Below, piece by piece: positions 26,801-41,800 of a stretch of 64,000 bases of DNA (position 1 is its first letter; the number at the start of each line of letters is the position of its first letter). The notes under the pieces are model-generated. The model made no database searches. It was not told the origin of the DNA and saw nothing but the letters and a program-made list of their open reading frames with translations. The stretch is from a virus (taxonomy: Duplodnaviria > Caudoviricetes), in the IMG/VR virus record IMGVR_UViG_3300020413_000003, positions 32,001 through 96,000 of that record; one strand, written 5' to 3'. A program made the translations under genes and the position numbers.

Positions 26801-29800
26801 TGGAACATTCTTAGTTACATCAAGAGATTCTACAACAGTATTCCAGTATCAACTTCCCCAACCAGGTGGAGTTATACCTCAAGGTAATATTCTTGTTTCT
26901 ATTGACCTTAATAAAGGTAAATCATCAAGTGCACAGATTTTAACTGCTATTGGTTCGTACACTACAAACGTTCAGAACACATTCTTTAATGACAATCATG
27001 TTTATGTTGCTTCTACAGGTATTCCAAACTATGACATAGGTCCGTTTCCTGGTTCTGCACTATTACCTGGTAACCAAAGAAAATTAAACAGATTTCCAAG
27101 AGTTGCTCAGACTATCTCTACAAAGAACTTAATTAATCCAGGTCCTGTTGGAACTTGGGTTAATGGTGTTTCTATATGGTCATATAAGTCATCTCTATTC
27201 AAAACATTTGGTGCTGTAACTGGTATTACAATCACTAACGTTGGTCAAGACTATGATGCTGCGTCACCTCCTAATATTACTATTGCAGGTGGTGGAGGAT
27301 CTGGTGCAACAGGTTCTGTTGTTGTTAACGGTTCTCTTAGTGAAGTAGAAGTTCTTACTGGAGGAACTGGTTATACATCCTCTCCATTGGTCTCTATAGT
27401 CGGTGGTAACGGGTCTGGAGCTGCTGCTACTGCCATTATAACCAAAGGTGTTGTTTCACGTATTCTAATCAATTCTGGAGGAACTGGATATACCTCACAA
27501 CCATCAATTACTATTGTTGGAGGTGGTGGAACTGGTGCAACTGCAACAGCAAACGTTAGAGGTCCTATTCAATCTATTTCAGTTGATCAGGGTGGTGCAT
27601 CATATACTTCTAAACCAACAGTAACACTAAGTTCTGGATCAGGTGCTGTTGCTCAAGCAATTGTACAGAATGGTCGTATTATATCAATCGCTATCATTTC
27701 TGCAGGATCAGGTTATACAACTGCTCCTATAATAAGCATTCAAGGTGATGGATTTGGTGCTGTTGCTAGAGCAGGTATTGATATTGACGGTGAAAACGCA
27801 GGAAGAGTTACAAGTGTTCAGATTCTTAATAGAGGTATTGGATATATTCAAGGAACTACACTGATTAATCTAACTTCAGTTGGTCAAGATGCATTATTCA
27901 CAGCAAACGTATTCCAGTGGACTTATAACTTACAAGCAACTAGTATATTAGATACTGCTAAAGGTGGAGTATTTGAAGGATTTAATAATCAGTATGGTGG
28001 TGAATATGCTCACCTATCAAACCCACAAAGACTAAGATATGTTCTTGGTGATAACTTACAAGAACCAACTGTAGGAAATATAGTTGAACAGGCAGAACAA
28101 TTAGATCACTCACCTATTGTTGGTTGGGCATTTGATGGAAACCCAATCTACGGTCCTTATGGTTACGCTGATCCTACAGATCAAGGATCTGCTATCAATA
28201 GATTGAACACTTCTTACAAACTTAAGACAGAACTTGTATATGATGTAGTTACAAATCCTTATCCTACTAGAACTGCAGGTCCATTACTAACTAACGAGGC
28301 AGCAGGTAACTTTGTAGAAGATTATGAGTATAGTTTTGGTTTGGGTGATCTTGACCAGTACAATGGTCGTTTCTGTAAAACACCTGAGTTCCCTGCAGGT
28401 AGGTATTGCTATTTCGTTACTATTGACACTACGGAGCAAGGTAATGCAATGTTCCCTTATGTTTTAGGTCCTAGTTTCAACTCTGTTGTTGATACTTGGA
28501 ACTTAACTGATGGTGCAACTCAACAGAATATTCCTACTGGTGTTGTTAGATATCGTGATCCTTACGAGAACGTTGATATTGACGTTGAGAGGGCACCAAA
28601 TGCCTCTACAAACGCTCTAACTACCGAAGACGGTGAATTGCTCCTATTTGAGGTAGAAGACGAAAATAGAGACGCTATTATCAGTCAGGATGAACTAGAT
28701 GATCCTGATCAAATCTTTGAAGAGTCACCTCTACAGTTATTTGATTATTTCCCTAAAGTTAAGTTTGACTCTAAGGTTGATATTGAAGTTGAGACAATTA
28801 CTAAGTTTGAAGATGCTTCTGTAACTGGATTTACAGTAGAGAATCCTGGTGCTTCTTATCAGGTTGCTGACAGACTAGTATTTGATAACACAGATACTGA
28901 TGGTACTGGTGTTTCTGCTCGTGTTTCTCATATTAAAGGAGAGGCAGTTTCAACTTACAGTTATGAAAGTATTGGTGGTATTAACTACGGTGTTTTAAAG
29001 ACTTCAACTCCTCACAACTTAACTGTTGATGATCAGGTTGTTATAGATTACACACCTATAATGAACAACACTAATAAAACTTTTGTTGTTAAACAAATTA
29101 AAGGTGTTGAAGAAATTGTTATTGATCAGCAAGGTTCTGGATATAATAGTGAATTACCTCCAACAATCATTCTTGATGGTGATGGAACTGCTGCAGCATT
29201 AGAAGCGGTTGTAACATCTGTAGGATCTATTTCTACAGTTAATATTACTAACTCTGGTCAAAACTATACTACAAACCCAAGAGTTATATTATCACACCCT
29301 CAAATCTATAAGAAAGCAGATTATTATGTTTCTAAGATTGCAAATGAGAATTATGTTAAGGTTAATGACGTATTTGTAAATGATGCTAAAGAAATATTCA
29401 TTTGTGGTAAAACAAAAGACTCTTTTGGATATACTATTGGATTCTTAGCAAAACTATCTGCTACTGGTGTAAAAGACTGGGAAAAGACAATTAAGAGTAC
29501 TGATGGACAACAAGAAGTAGAATTTGAGAGATTATTAATTGATGGACAAGATATTTACGTTGCAGGTCATAATAAACCAAATGCAAGTATCTTAGAGGCA
29601 TATAACCCTGATGTTGTTCTTTGTAAGTATACACAGGCAGAAAATGGATTAAGTGCTACTTTACAGTATCAAAAGGCATATGCAGGTATATCTGGTTCTA
29701 CTCGTTCCGACAATATTAGTGCTATTGCAAAATACTCTGATACTAGATTTGTTTTAGGTGGTTTCACTAATACTAACTCTGGTAATCCATTTGATGCTTA

Positions 29801-32800
29801 TATTGCTGTTGTAGACACACTTGGTAACTTTGCTGTTAAGAGAAAGATTACTTCTGTAAATGTTTCTGAAAAAGTTACAGATTTACTTGTAAATGGAACT
29901 GACATATACTATACATTAGAAATTGCTACAAGTCCTAATGCAACAAGCGTTGATACAGGTATTGGTAAAGCAACTGTAGGTACTAGTGCAATTAGTCTTG
30001 TTTGGACTAAGCAATTAACTAATACACTGTATTCATTCATGGATACAAGTCTTACTATCGATGAATTTAGTGAATTATACATTACTGCTACAACAAGACT
30101 TAAATCAGACAATACAACAAAAGATGGTTTCTGGATTGGTAAATTAGATTCAGATGGTGCTTTCCTTTGGAACTATCGTTATGCAGTAGCTGGTGGATAC
30201 ACTATTAATGTTGCTAAAAGAACTCATATTGATATCTTTGGTGATCTTAATATTGCTGTCAACAAATATCTCAATACAAATGGAGAATTAACTGTAGACG
30301 TAGTTAAAGTTGGTTATAACGGTATTATTAAGAATCAGACAAATAATAAATTTGATCTTAATAATATTGAAGGTGTAACTGCACATAGTTTATATCCTGA
30401 TAGTTCTGGTGATATTCATGTATTTGGTCAAACTTCTTGGAATAGAAATGAACTTCTAATACCATTTACCAGTGGTGCAACTACAGATGTTACAGGACAC
30501 TATACAGCAACCTTTGTAGGAGACGGTAACTCACTTCAATATGATACTACTAATGGATTTGCAAAATTACTAGGAAAAGACTCTACTACTCCTAGTACTT
30601 GGGTAAATTCAGTTATACAAGTTAATGGATCAGATTTAACAACTAAAATGACTGGCGACTGGACTATTGAGTTCATGTTGTTTAAAGATGCTGCTAATAA
30701 CAATAATACACACTCTCAAACACAACAAACCCTAATAGCAATAGGTGATGCAACATTATCTACTGGTGGTCTATGGTTGTATTATGATATTTCATCTGGA
30801 GAGATGCAGTTAGTTGTTACTGCAAATGGAACTGCACTCAACTCTGCATCAGGTTCACTACAATCTACAGTTACAACAATGTTTGCCGATAATACTTGGC
30901 AATTTGTTGCACTTACTAAATCTGCAGGTCAGTATACAGCATATGTCAACGGTATACAAGTTCTTCAAGGAACTATTGATAATACTGCATTCCAGAATCA
31001 AAATCTATACATTGGTAATATTCCTGGTAAGAGTGGAACTTTAAATCAATTCCGTTCTAATGAACAAGGTCAATACTTTGTTGATAATCTTCGTATTAGA
31101 AACAGAGCAGTTGTTCCTACAGTTCCTAATGATGTTACTAACTATCCTATTGCAGGTGAGTTTAGTGAAGGATTTACATGGACTGATACATCATGGTTCT
31201 CTACTTACACTAACAAATATGATTATATCGATTATGTTGGTTGGGGTTTAAAAGTTGATAAGAACTCTGATGCTGCAAGAATTGGAACTCAAACTGTTCA
31301 AACTAACACACAAGTTGGATTTACTAGAACTGCTATTGTATTACAAACAGGTTTACCATTAACTGTTAATAATACTGGATTTGGATTAGCAGAAGCAGGA
31401 TTCCAAAACTTAGACTTTGATGATGCTGATACATCAATGACTCAGGACTCTGATTCATTATCTTATACTCAAGACGTTTGGAGTTCTAGAACTGCTACTG
31501 TTCCTTCACCAGGTTCTAAAAAATTAAGAGTTACTGCAGTTGTTAAAGACAGATACTTCTTTAAAGTTACACCTACAGTCAAGATTGATAATATTCAAGA
31601 ACTTACTCTAAATCAGCAATTTGTATTTACTACAGGTTCAAAATTAGTATTAAGTAGTTCATCAGGATCATTCATTAATAGTGGATACATTATTAGACAA
31701 AATAGTGTAGGTAATAAGATATATCTTGCTGTTAATAATAATGCTTGGGCAAATGATCTTAATACTGGTGAATTAACTACAGAACAGTTTAATGAGCAAA
31801 GCACTTATGGAATTGTAGGTCCTATACCCGCAGATGTTAATGAATTAATATACACCTTCCCACTACTAAACAACACTACACCTGGTACATTTGATATAGA
31901 TCTAAACAATTTTAATCACCCAGAAGGAGGTTCAAATAATCTTGATGAATTAACTAACTTTAAACCTTACACTGATGATGATTACTCTATAAGAATTGAT
32001 GAAGTAGCTGGTGGTTCACCTTTTATTCCTGGATCTGTTGTTAATATTAACTCTGGTGATATTAGTTTCAATGCTGCATATACAACTGCATCAATTATCA
32101 ATTTAACTGGTGTTCTTAAGATTACTTTAGTAGCAACACTTAAGAAAATTATACAAGTAACTGCTGTTGCTAATAGTGATGAAGTTTATATTGTTACTGC
32201 AAATAGTCATTACCTTACTCAAGGTGAAATGGTTAGTATTGATGGTAACCCATCACAAACTGTTGATAGTGTCGTTTATGATGAATATGATGGTGCTTTC
32301 CCAGTTCACACTATTGTAAGTCCTGTTGAATTTACATATAAATTACCTTCTGCTGCAATAACTTCACCAGCTACAAGTTCTGGAAGTGTTAATATCTACG
32401 TTAAGTCACCTGTTCTTAAAATGTATTATGGACATCAATATCTCTTTGATGTTGGTCATTCTTCTATGGCGGGTGGTAACTTATCATTCTCTAAAGATAA
32501 TCTTTATAAACTGGAATATTCATTCAACTCTATTGAAAGAGTAGGTACACCTGGTATTACTGGTCAAGGTGTTCCTAACCCTACTGTTAAGTTAAAAGTT
32601 GATACTGACATTGTTACTAATATTTCTTACTACTTTGACCCATCTAGAACAGGTGCTGATTCTCCAGTTATTGCATCTAGTTACTTAGATGTTGTTAATT
32701 CACCTTACGTAGGTAATTTCGCAATCACTTCTACATCTGGTGCAACTATTACTCGTGGTGCAGATACCTTTAAATTTGTTCTTGCTAACGAACCAGAGGG

Positions 32801-35800
32801 TAATGCTGATGTTATCAATACATCTTATAGCACTAGTTCATTGAAAGCAGTTGGTTCTATAAGTGATATTCGTATTGTTAATGGAGGAGGTTTCTATACT
32901 AGACTTCCAGTTGTTACATCTATTCAGTCATCTAGACAAATAGAAAGAATTCAAATTGATGCACCAGGTACTGAATATGCTGTAGGTGTTTACAATAGTG
33001 TTCCTATTGCAGGTGATGGAGAAGGTGGATTTGTTTCTATTACTGTAGCAGACGGAACTGATGATGATGGAGTAACGATTCCTGGTCAAATACAGTCTGT
33101 TGTTGTTACATCACCAGGTAAAGGATATACTACTGCAAGTATTGATGTTGAATCTATATCGGGTATTCTTGGAGCAGGTTTAACAGGTTCTGGTGTTGAT
33201 TTGAATGTTGTTATTCCTCCTGCAGGAACTGGTGCTTCTATCTTTACCAAAGGAACTAAAGTTGGTAAGATTAAGAAATTACAGAACAACAACTTTGGAT
33301 ATGATTATCCTCATGACTATACTTTACGTCCTGAGATTTCATTCCCAATTAACGCACAGTTAACATCCACAAGTATACTTGATAGTATTACAGTTACAGA
33401 TCCAGGTTCTGGATATTCACAAGCACCAACCGTTGTTATCACAGGTGGTGGTGGACAAAATGCAACTGCTGAAGCATTCATTAAGAATGGTCGTTTAGAT
33501 GATATTCTTGTTAAAGATCCAGGATCAGGTTACTCTTCTGCTCCTACTGTTGCATTAAGATCTTCTTTCAACTATGTTGTTAACCTTGACTTAGGATTAC
33601 TACAATTTGCTTTCCCACATGGTATTGTGAATGGTTCTGAGGTTACATTAACAGTTACTGATACTGGTGATGGTGCTGAGTTCCCATTATCAGCAGGTGC
33701 TGTTGGTCGTTTGAATTCTACTAACACATATTATGCTATTGCTGGTACTGCAAACTCACTAGAAGAAAACCAATTAAAGATTGCTATTACTGCTGCTAAC
33801 GCTGCATTAGGTGACTCTTTATCATTTGTTAACGCAGGAACAGGTCGTCAAACAATATTAACTGAATCATTCGGTGGTGCAGCAACTGCTAACGTTATTA
33901 CTTCTACATTCTTAGAAGGTGAACTTGTTTATCAAGGAGATACTTTAGATGCTGCAACTGCTAGTGGATATGTTTCTACTAACCAAGGTTGGCAGGTAGG
34001 ACCTAGAATTATTAAGATTGTTGATTACACTGGAAACTTTAATGCTAACGAAAGAATAACAGGTGTTATTTCTAAGTCTTCTGGTATTATAAGTGATCTT
34101 AAGATTGCTCGTGGTGTTCTTGAAATTGGTTCTATCACTAAGACAACTGGTCAGTTCATTGATGATATTGGTAAACCATCTGAAATTATTCAGAAAATTC
34201 AAGATAGTTACTATTATCAGGACTTCTCATATGCTGTTAAGTCTGCTGTTTCTATTGGTGAGTGGAAAGAGATATTACTTAAGAACGTTCACCCTGCATC
34301 ATTCAAAGTATTCGGTGAATTAAATCTGGCTGAATATGGTCAAATTCCTAACAAAGAAACTGATTTCCAGATAACCAAAGCTGTTGAATTAGCAAGAGAA
34401 GCAATTGTACCTAACATTCAGAGTTTCTCTCTAGTTGAACCAGTCTACTCACAGTTTAATAACTCAGAAGTATTATTCAGACAGAAGAGATTGACATCTT
34501 CTGAGAACATTTTGACTTCTGTTGTTCAGCGTATTGATGATATATCAAATCAATTTGATGGTGTTAAAACACAGTTCCAATTAAAAGTTAATGGTGACAA
34601 CGTAGTTGCTAATGCTAATCAGTTAATGATCATCTTAAATGGTGTTGCTCAAACTCCTGAGACATCATTTAATATTCAAGGTGATTCTATTGTATTCAGT
34701 CAACCACCACAACCACCTGCAAGTATTAAGTATGTAAACGTTACTATTCAAGAGATTACTATATCTACTCTTGAATTTACTAATATCAGTGGAATATTCC
34801 CACTCAAGGGAAATACAATGGCTGGACAGACTTCTTTAGCAAGATTTACTGTTACAGCTGTTGTTGGTAATTCAATTTTCGGTTTCTTTGTAGAAGGAAC
34901 TGCATTTACAGTTGGTGAATTGGTAAGTAACAGTGCTACTGGATTTATTGCAAACTATGCTTCAGTATCAACTGTTTCAAATCTTGGATTGTTTGTATTT
35001 GGAGAGCAGGTTTCAAACCTTACTGGAGAGACTGCTAAAGTTGAAGCAATTAACTTAGCAGGTGGTTCTGAAGCTCCACTTGGTCAATTACGTTATGGTA
35101 TAGGTCCTTCAACTGCATCAGTTGAAATTGTAGCAGCAAAGATACTTTCTACAGATGCTGATACACCTCCTGCAGCAGGAACATTTACTGTAGGTGGTAA
35201 CTATCAGATTGGTTCTGAAATTGTAAATGTAACTAACGTTACTACTAACAATGATTCAGTTGTATTAGAAATAACTAGAGGTGAATTAGGTACTACAGCA
35301 GCAACACAGGCAGAAGATGGTCCTGTATATGCAACAACAGTTCTTGTTAATGACAAGTTAACTTTAAGTAAAACTACTGGAACATATCAGTCTACACCTG
35401 GTTTATTTGATCTTGCTCTTGATGATGTTATTATTGGTGCTCAGTCTGGTGTAGTTGCAAGATTGACTGCTACATCAACATATCAAGATCCTACAACTAA
35501 TGAGTTTATCGGTCAGGTTAATATTTCAGAAGGATCTTCATTCTTTGGATTACTATTCAACAGAGTTACATCAATTACATACCCAAATATTGTTCTAGAT
35601 GATATTTCATTATCAACAATTAGTGTTGTTGACTATACAGACTACGTAACAGATATTGATTCTCAATTCCCTGCTAACGAATTTATAAGTCAAATTGTAA
35701 TTCCTTACGATAATGCTTCTGGATCATTATCTATAGGTGAGAAGATTAGGAACTATAAATTTGATTATGGTAATAATGTTGGAACATTTAATAGTGGTGA

Positions 35801-38800
35801 AGCTGGTAAGTCTAGAAAACTATCATTTAAAGATAAGATAGGAACTGGTCTATTCTCCACAGGCGATACAATAAGAACTAGAGATACTAAAGCAGAAGTA
35901 ATTGGATTTAATTTCTCAGGTAATACAATATATCTTGGTAAGATTGGTAGATCATTAAGAGGTGGTGGTGATTATCATGTATTCAACTTCTCTGGTAGTG
36001 CTCAATTAGATACTTCAATTAAGAAATTTGGAGATTCTTCATTACAACTTGATCTAGCAACAAGTGATTATATTCAAATTCCTGCATCATCTGAATTTAC
36101 TCGTGGTACAGGTGATTACACTATTGAATTCTGGATTCGTCTAGATGCAGTATCTTTAGCAGATACTAAGACTTTAGTTGATATGAGAACAAGTGCTACT
36201 GAAGTTGCACTTAGAATTTACTTAGAAGCAGCACAAGTTCGTGTTAATGTTAATGGTTCAGATATAGCAACCTCTGGTGGAAATGCTCTAAACAATAATG
36301 TTTGGTATCATCTTGTAATTCAAAGAACTGGAACTACTGTTAAGATTATATCTAATGGAGTTGAGATTGGAACTGGAACAGATAGTGGTAATTATACCTT
36401 AGATAGACCAATTAGAATTGGTGCAGATTTATCTGGTCTTAATTCTATAACTGCTCATATTGATGAGTTTAGATATTCTACTGTTGCACGTTATGCAACA
36501 ATTCCATTTACTTCTCCTAATGGTATTTTCCAAGGAGATACTGATACTAAAGTATTATGCCACTTTGATGGTGCTGATGGAGCAACTAAGACTGAAGATT
36601 GGTCTGGTGGTGAATCATTTACTAAGGGTGAATATGTTAATAACGATTCTATATTAACAACAAATAGTTCTAATCCAACTGCTGCACCTGCAGGATTTAA
36701 TATTAAGAGTCACAGATATATTAACGCTGCAGATTTAATGTTAATGAACAAGGAATATCTTGCTCAAGAAACAGTTTATATTATGAAGGAAGTATTCCCT
36801 GCTCATAGTGTTAAGGGTAGTGAAGTTGATTGTGAAGATGATGTAAGAGATGTTGTCGATTCTATAGTAGAAGATTTACGTAATGGTAGTAATCATCATA
36901 TGTGGAAAGCAGCTTCATACTATGTTAATAGAGAAGTTAATCCAATTCAAATTGTAAACGTAGAAGATGATGTCTCTATGACAGTCTATGTTTATGAAAT
37001 ATTAGATAAAATTGCTAAGTATATTGTTAATAATGTTCCTTGGAGTACTCAAGGTGATCATGGTTTAACTCAGAAGTATGACACTACTATTACATTTGAT
37101 GGTTACACATCTCAAACATTAACTAAGTTTACACCAACAGCAATCGACTATCATCCATCAATGGGTGACATGGAAATAACAGCTGCAAGTCATGGACTCG
37201 CGGCCCCTAGAACTATAACAGCATCAGGGTCGGGATACACTGCTACCACTGGTGTTTTGACTATTGAATCTGTTGGGCACTCACTAGAAACTGGGGACAG
37301 AATTAAGTTTGAGCCTAATTCTATTACCATGACTTGTACTTGTGATGGTAATGTAGTATCACAGAGTTATCCTAGAGATGATGATCCAGCAAATCAAGGC
37401 TGGTTAGAAGTATCGAAGATTGATAATGATAACTTTAGTGTAAATGTTGGAACATCTCCTACAGTAAACTTTACTGCAACTTCAGCAGATTATAATAGTA
37501 ATACTGGTTTCTTAACTATGGACATTGGTGACAATGATCTAAGACCAGGAAGTAAATACACTGTTGAAAGTGCAGCATATAATCCTACTAGTGGTGTAAT
37601 GACAGTAGGTATTGGTAACGATCAGTATAATGTTATTGATGCTGATTATAGTCCTACAAGTGGAGATTTAGAAATCTTTGTTAGTTCACATAACTTAAAA
37701 ACAGGACAGAAAGTTAAGATTGCTAATGATGGTCTTACATTCAGATGTTCTCAAGATGACTATGCTACTGATCACCCATATCCAAGAGCAACTGACCCTG
37801 CACGTAATACAGCATTAGAAGTTCTTCATGTAACTGATGAATCATTCACAGTAAACGTTGGTAAATCTCCTATAGTTGAATTTGATGTTTCCAATGCAAC
37901 ATTCAATCCTAATACAGGTGATATGGAGTTGACTATTGGAAATCATAGTTTGTCTTCAGGTACTTCTATTAGAATAGCAACTCAAAGTATTGGATTTACA
38001 TGCACATATGGTGCAGGTGTTCACTACTACCCAAGACCTCTAATTGATGTGCATGTTCCAACTGATGCATCATATAATCCAACAACAGGTGTAGTAACAT
38101 TCACTGTTAATCAGGGACATGGAATGAAGAATGGTGATAAGGTTAAGATTCCTGATTACTCACTTTCATTCACATGTGATAAAGATAATAATGCAACTAC
38201 TCACAGATATCCTAGACCTTATGATCCTATTAGTGATAAATGGATTGAAATAAGTAATGTTCAAACAACATCAATCGATGTTCAAGTATTAGATACTGCT
38301 CCTTCCACAAATACATCTACTCATACTTTTGTAAGTTTTACAGATGTTATATCACAGAAACGTGATAAGTCATTTGAACAATCTATTCCAATTACTGCTA
38401 CAACTGGAACAACTATTACTATTAATGTTGGTGTTTCAAGTAATACAACAACTCATACATATTCAACTTCTAAAGCAGGTGCTGTAATTACTGGTGGTAA
38501 TTATAAGCATAAGTTTAGATCTGCACTTGATAACGCTATAACAGTAGAGCATGGCTTATATGTTGGTGATAGAGTCATGTTCGATAGAGACTCTCTAACA
38601 TTTACATGTCTTGAAGATAGTGGTGCTACTGAACACACATACCCAAGAATTACAGATCCTTACTATAATAAGTGGTTACCTATTTCTAATGTAACTCATA
38701 CAACATTCGATGTTCAAGTACTAAGTTCTACACCTTCTACTAACCAAACTGCTCACACATTTGTTCGTGCTAAAGTTAATGGTCTAACAAGATCTGGTGA

Positions 38801-41800
38801 AACACTAAAACTTGCTAAAGACGCTCTATCATTTACATGCTCACAGGATAATGATTCTACAGTTCATTCTTATCCTAGAGTCGATGATTCAGTTTATAAT
38901 ACCGCTATTCCAATTTGGAGTAATGGTAACACTAGAATGACTGCTGAAGGTGCAAGTTATAATACTTCAACTGGACTATTGACTATTAATATACTAAATC
39001 ATGGTTTAACAGTTGGCACAGAACTTAGATTAGAAAATAATTCTCTTGTCTTTACTTGTGCTAAAGATGGTAATAAAACAGAGCATTCATATCCAAGACG
39101 TAAAGATCCATACGCTGCTAGATGGTTAAGAATTAAAGCAGTTAGTGATCATACATTTACAGTATTTGTTGGTGAAGCAAGTTCTACAGGTCAGTATGCA
39201 CATACATTTGTAAGAGCAGTTAAGGATGGTATTGTTAAGCGTGATAATACTGTTACTGTTAACGTTGGTGCTACTCCAACTAAGGCATATACTCCATCTG
39301 CTGCAACTTATAATGCTAGTACTGGTGCTTTAGAATTAAATGTCGGAACACATAGTTATCCTGCTCCAACACAACATACACCAACTGATGTTGCTTATAA
39401 CCCTGTTAGTGGTGTAATGACTCTGACTATTGCAGGTCATAACTTCTCTAATGGTGAGAAAATTAAGATTGCTGATAATGGTATTAAATTAAGTTGTCCT
39501 TACGGTGGTGCAACTGGAACTGCTGCACAGAAAGATTATCCACGTTCAACTGACCCAGTTAGCAACAAATGGATTCCAATATTCAACGTAACTACAGATA
39601 CTTTTGATGTTCAAGTTTTAGATTCAATTCCTTCTACTAACGTTGATACTCATACATTTGTAAGTGCAGTTAATAACTGTGTTAGCAAGGCAAATTACAC
39701 TGTTAAACTTGCTCCTGATTCATTACTAATGACATGTGATATGGATACCAATGCTACTAAGCATGTATATCCAAGATCTAATGTTGCTACTCATACTCCA
39801 TCTACAGGTACAAGTTACAACCCAGTAACAGGTGCTCTTACAGTTTCAATTCCTACTGAATCATTTACTGCTTCTGCTGCAAATTATAATGTCACATCAG
39901 GTGCATGTGTATTAACAATATCACAGAATGCAGGATCATATAATGTTACTGGTGCAACTTACTCACCTTCTGTTGGAACTTTAGTTCTTACACTTGGAAC
40001 TCATAGTCTAACAACTAGTGACAGAATTAAAATTACTCCAGAATCACTTAAGTTTACTTGTGATTATAATAACGATAATAATACAACAATTCACCCTTAT
40101 CCTCGTGCTGCAGGTGCTTACAACTCAACAAATTCAAAAGCAGATTATGCTTATGATACATGGTTAGACATTAGTGCAGTTACAGGAACAACAATCACTG
40201 TTAACGTTAACGGTGGTCAAGGTGCTATTACTGACATTAGTAATCATACATTTGTTGGTGCACTTGATGGTGCAGTTCAAGTTGGTCATGGTATAGTACC
40301 TGGCAACAAAGTTAAACTTGCTCCTAACTCACTAACATTTACTTGCACATTAGATGGCAACACTGCACAGAAATCTTATCCTAGATCAACAGGTGCTAAT
40401 ACAACAAGTGGTGCTGACTATGCTTATGATAAGTGGCTCAGAGTTATGGATGTTGGTGACAATACTATAACTGTTAACTTGAATGGTGGTCAAGGTGCTA
40501 TCTCAGATACATCAGCACATACATTCGTTTCAGCTACTACAAATGGTATTACCCTTGGACATGGTATGGTTGCTGGTACACCTATTAAAATCAAAGATGG
40601 TGGCGTAACATTCAGATGTGCACATGATAATAATGCTACTTTACATCCATATCCAAGGTCTACTGACCCTGCAAGTGATAAGTGGTTGTTTATCAAGAAT
40701 GTATCTGATACTCAGTTTGAAGTTGATATTTTACAAGGAACAACTCCTACAAATACAACAACTCATACCTATGCAGGTTCTCTTGATAATTGTATCATTC
40801 AAGGAGATCCACTTGTTGCTCAGGCAATTCCTATTGATGCAGTAACAGGAAATACTATTACTATCAATGCTTTAGATGGATATACGCCTTCATTCACACC
40901 AAATCATACTTTAGATTCTGTAGCAACATCTCAGTTTACACCAACTAATGCAGTTTATAATGGAACTACAGGTCTAATGACCATAACAGTTTTAACTGCT
41001 AACTTCCAACCTTCTACTGTTGCTTATAATGCGATAACTGGTGAGATGCAAATGACTATTGGAACTCATAGTTTGGCAGTTGGAGAAGAAATATTAATCG
41101 CTCCTAATTCACTAACATTTACTTGTGATTATAATGGAGATGGAAATACTACAAATAAGACATATCCTAGAGCAACAGGTGCTGCAACTCCTAGCGGTGC
41201 AGACTTTGCTTACAATAATCAATTAGTAATTACAGACACAACCAACACCACTATTACTGTTAATGTTAATGGTGGCGGTGGAGCAATTACTGATACAACC
41301 AACCATGTATTTGTATCAGCATTAGCAGATGCAGTCAGTGTTTCACATGGAATGAAGAACGGTGAAAAAATTAAGATTGCTGATAATGGTATTACATTTA
41401 CTTGTACTCATGATAGTAATGCTACAAACCATCCATATCCAAGAGTAACTGATCCTGCTAGTGGTAGATGGTTAGATGTTCATAACGTCACGAATACTAC
41501 TTTCGATGTTCAAGTATTAGATGAAATTCCTTCTACAAATACTACAACTCATACATTTGTTTCTGCTACAACTAATGCGATTACAAGAGCAATAGTTTCA
41601 ACTGGTGGTAACTATAAGCATAAGTTTATATCTGGTCTTACAAATGGTGTTAGAACTGGTGGTGACTATACTCATACATTTGTTTCTGCTACTTCTAACG
41701 GTATACATGTTGCAGGTGATTCAATTTACATTGATAATAATTCACTAAGATTTACTTGTTCTCAAGATAATCATGAAACACAACATGATTATCCACGTGC

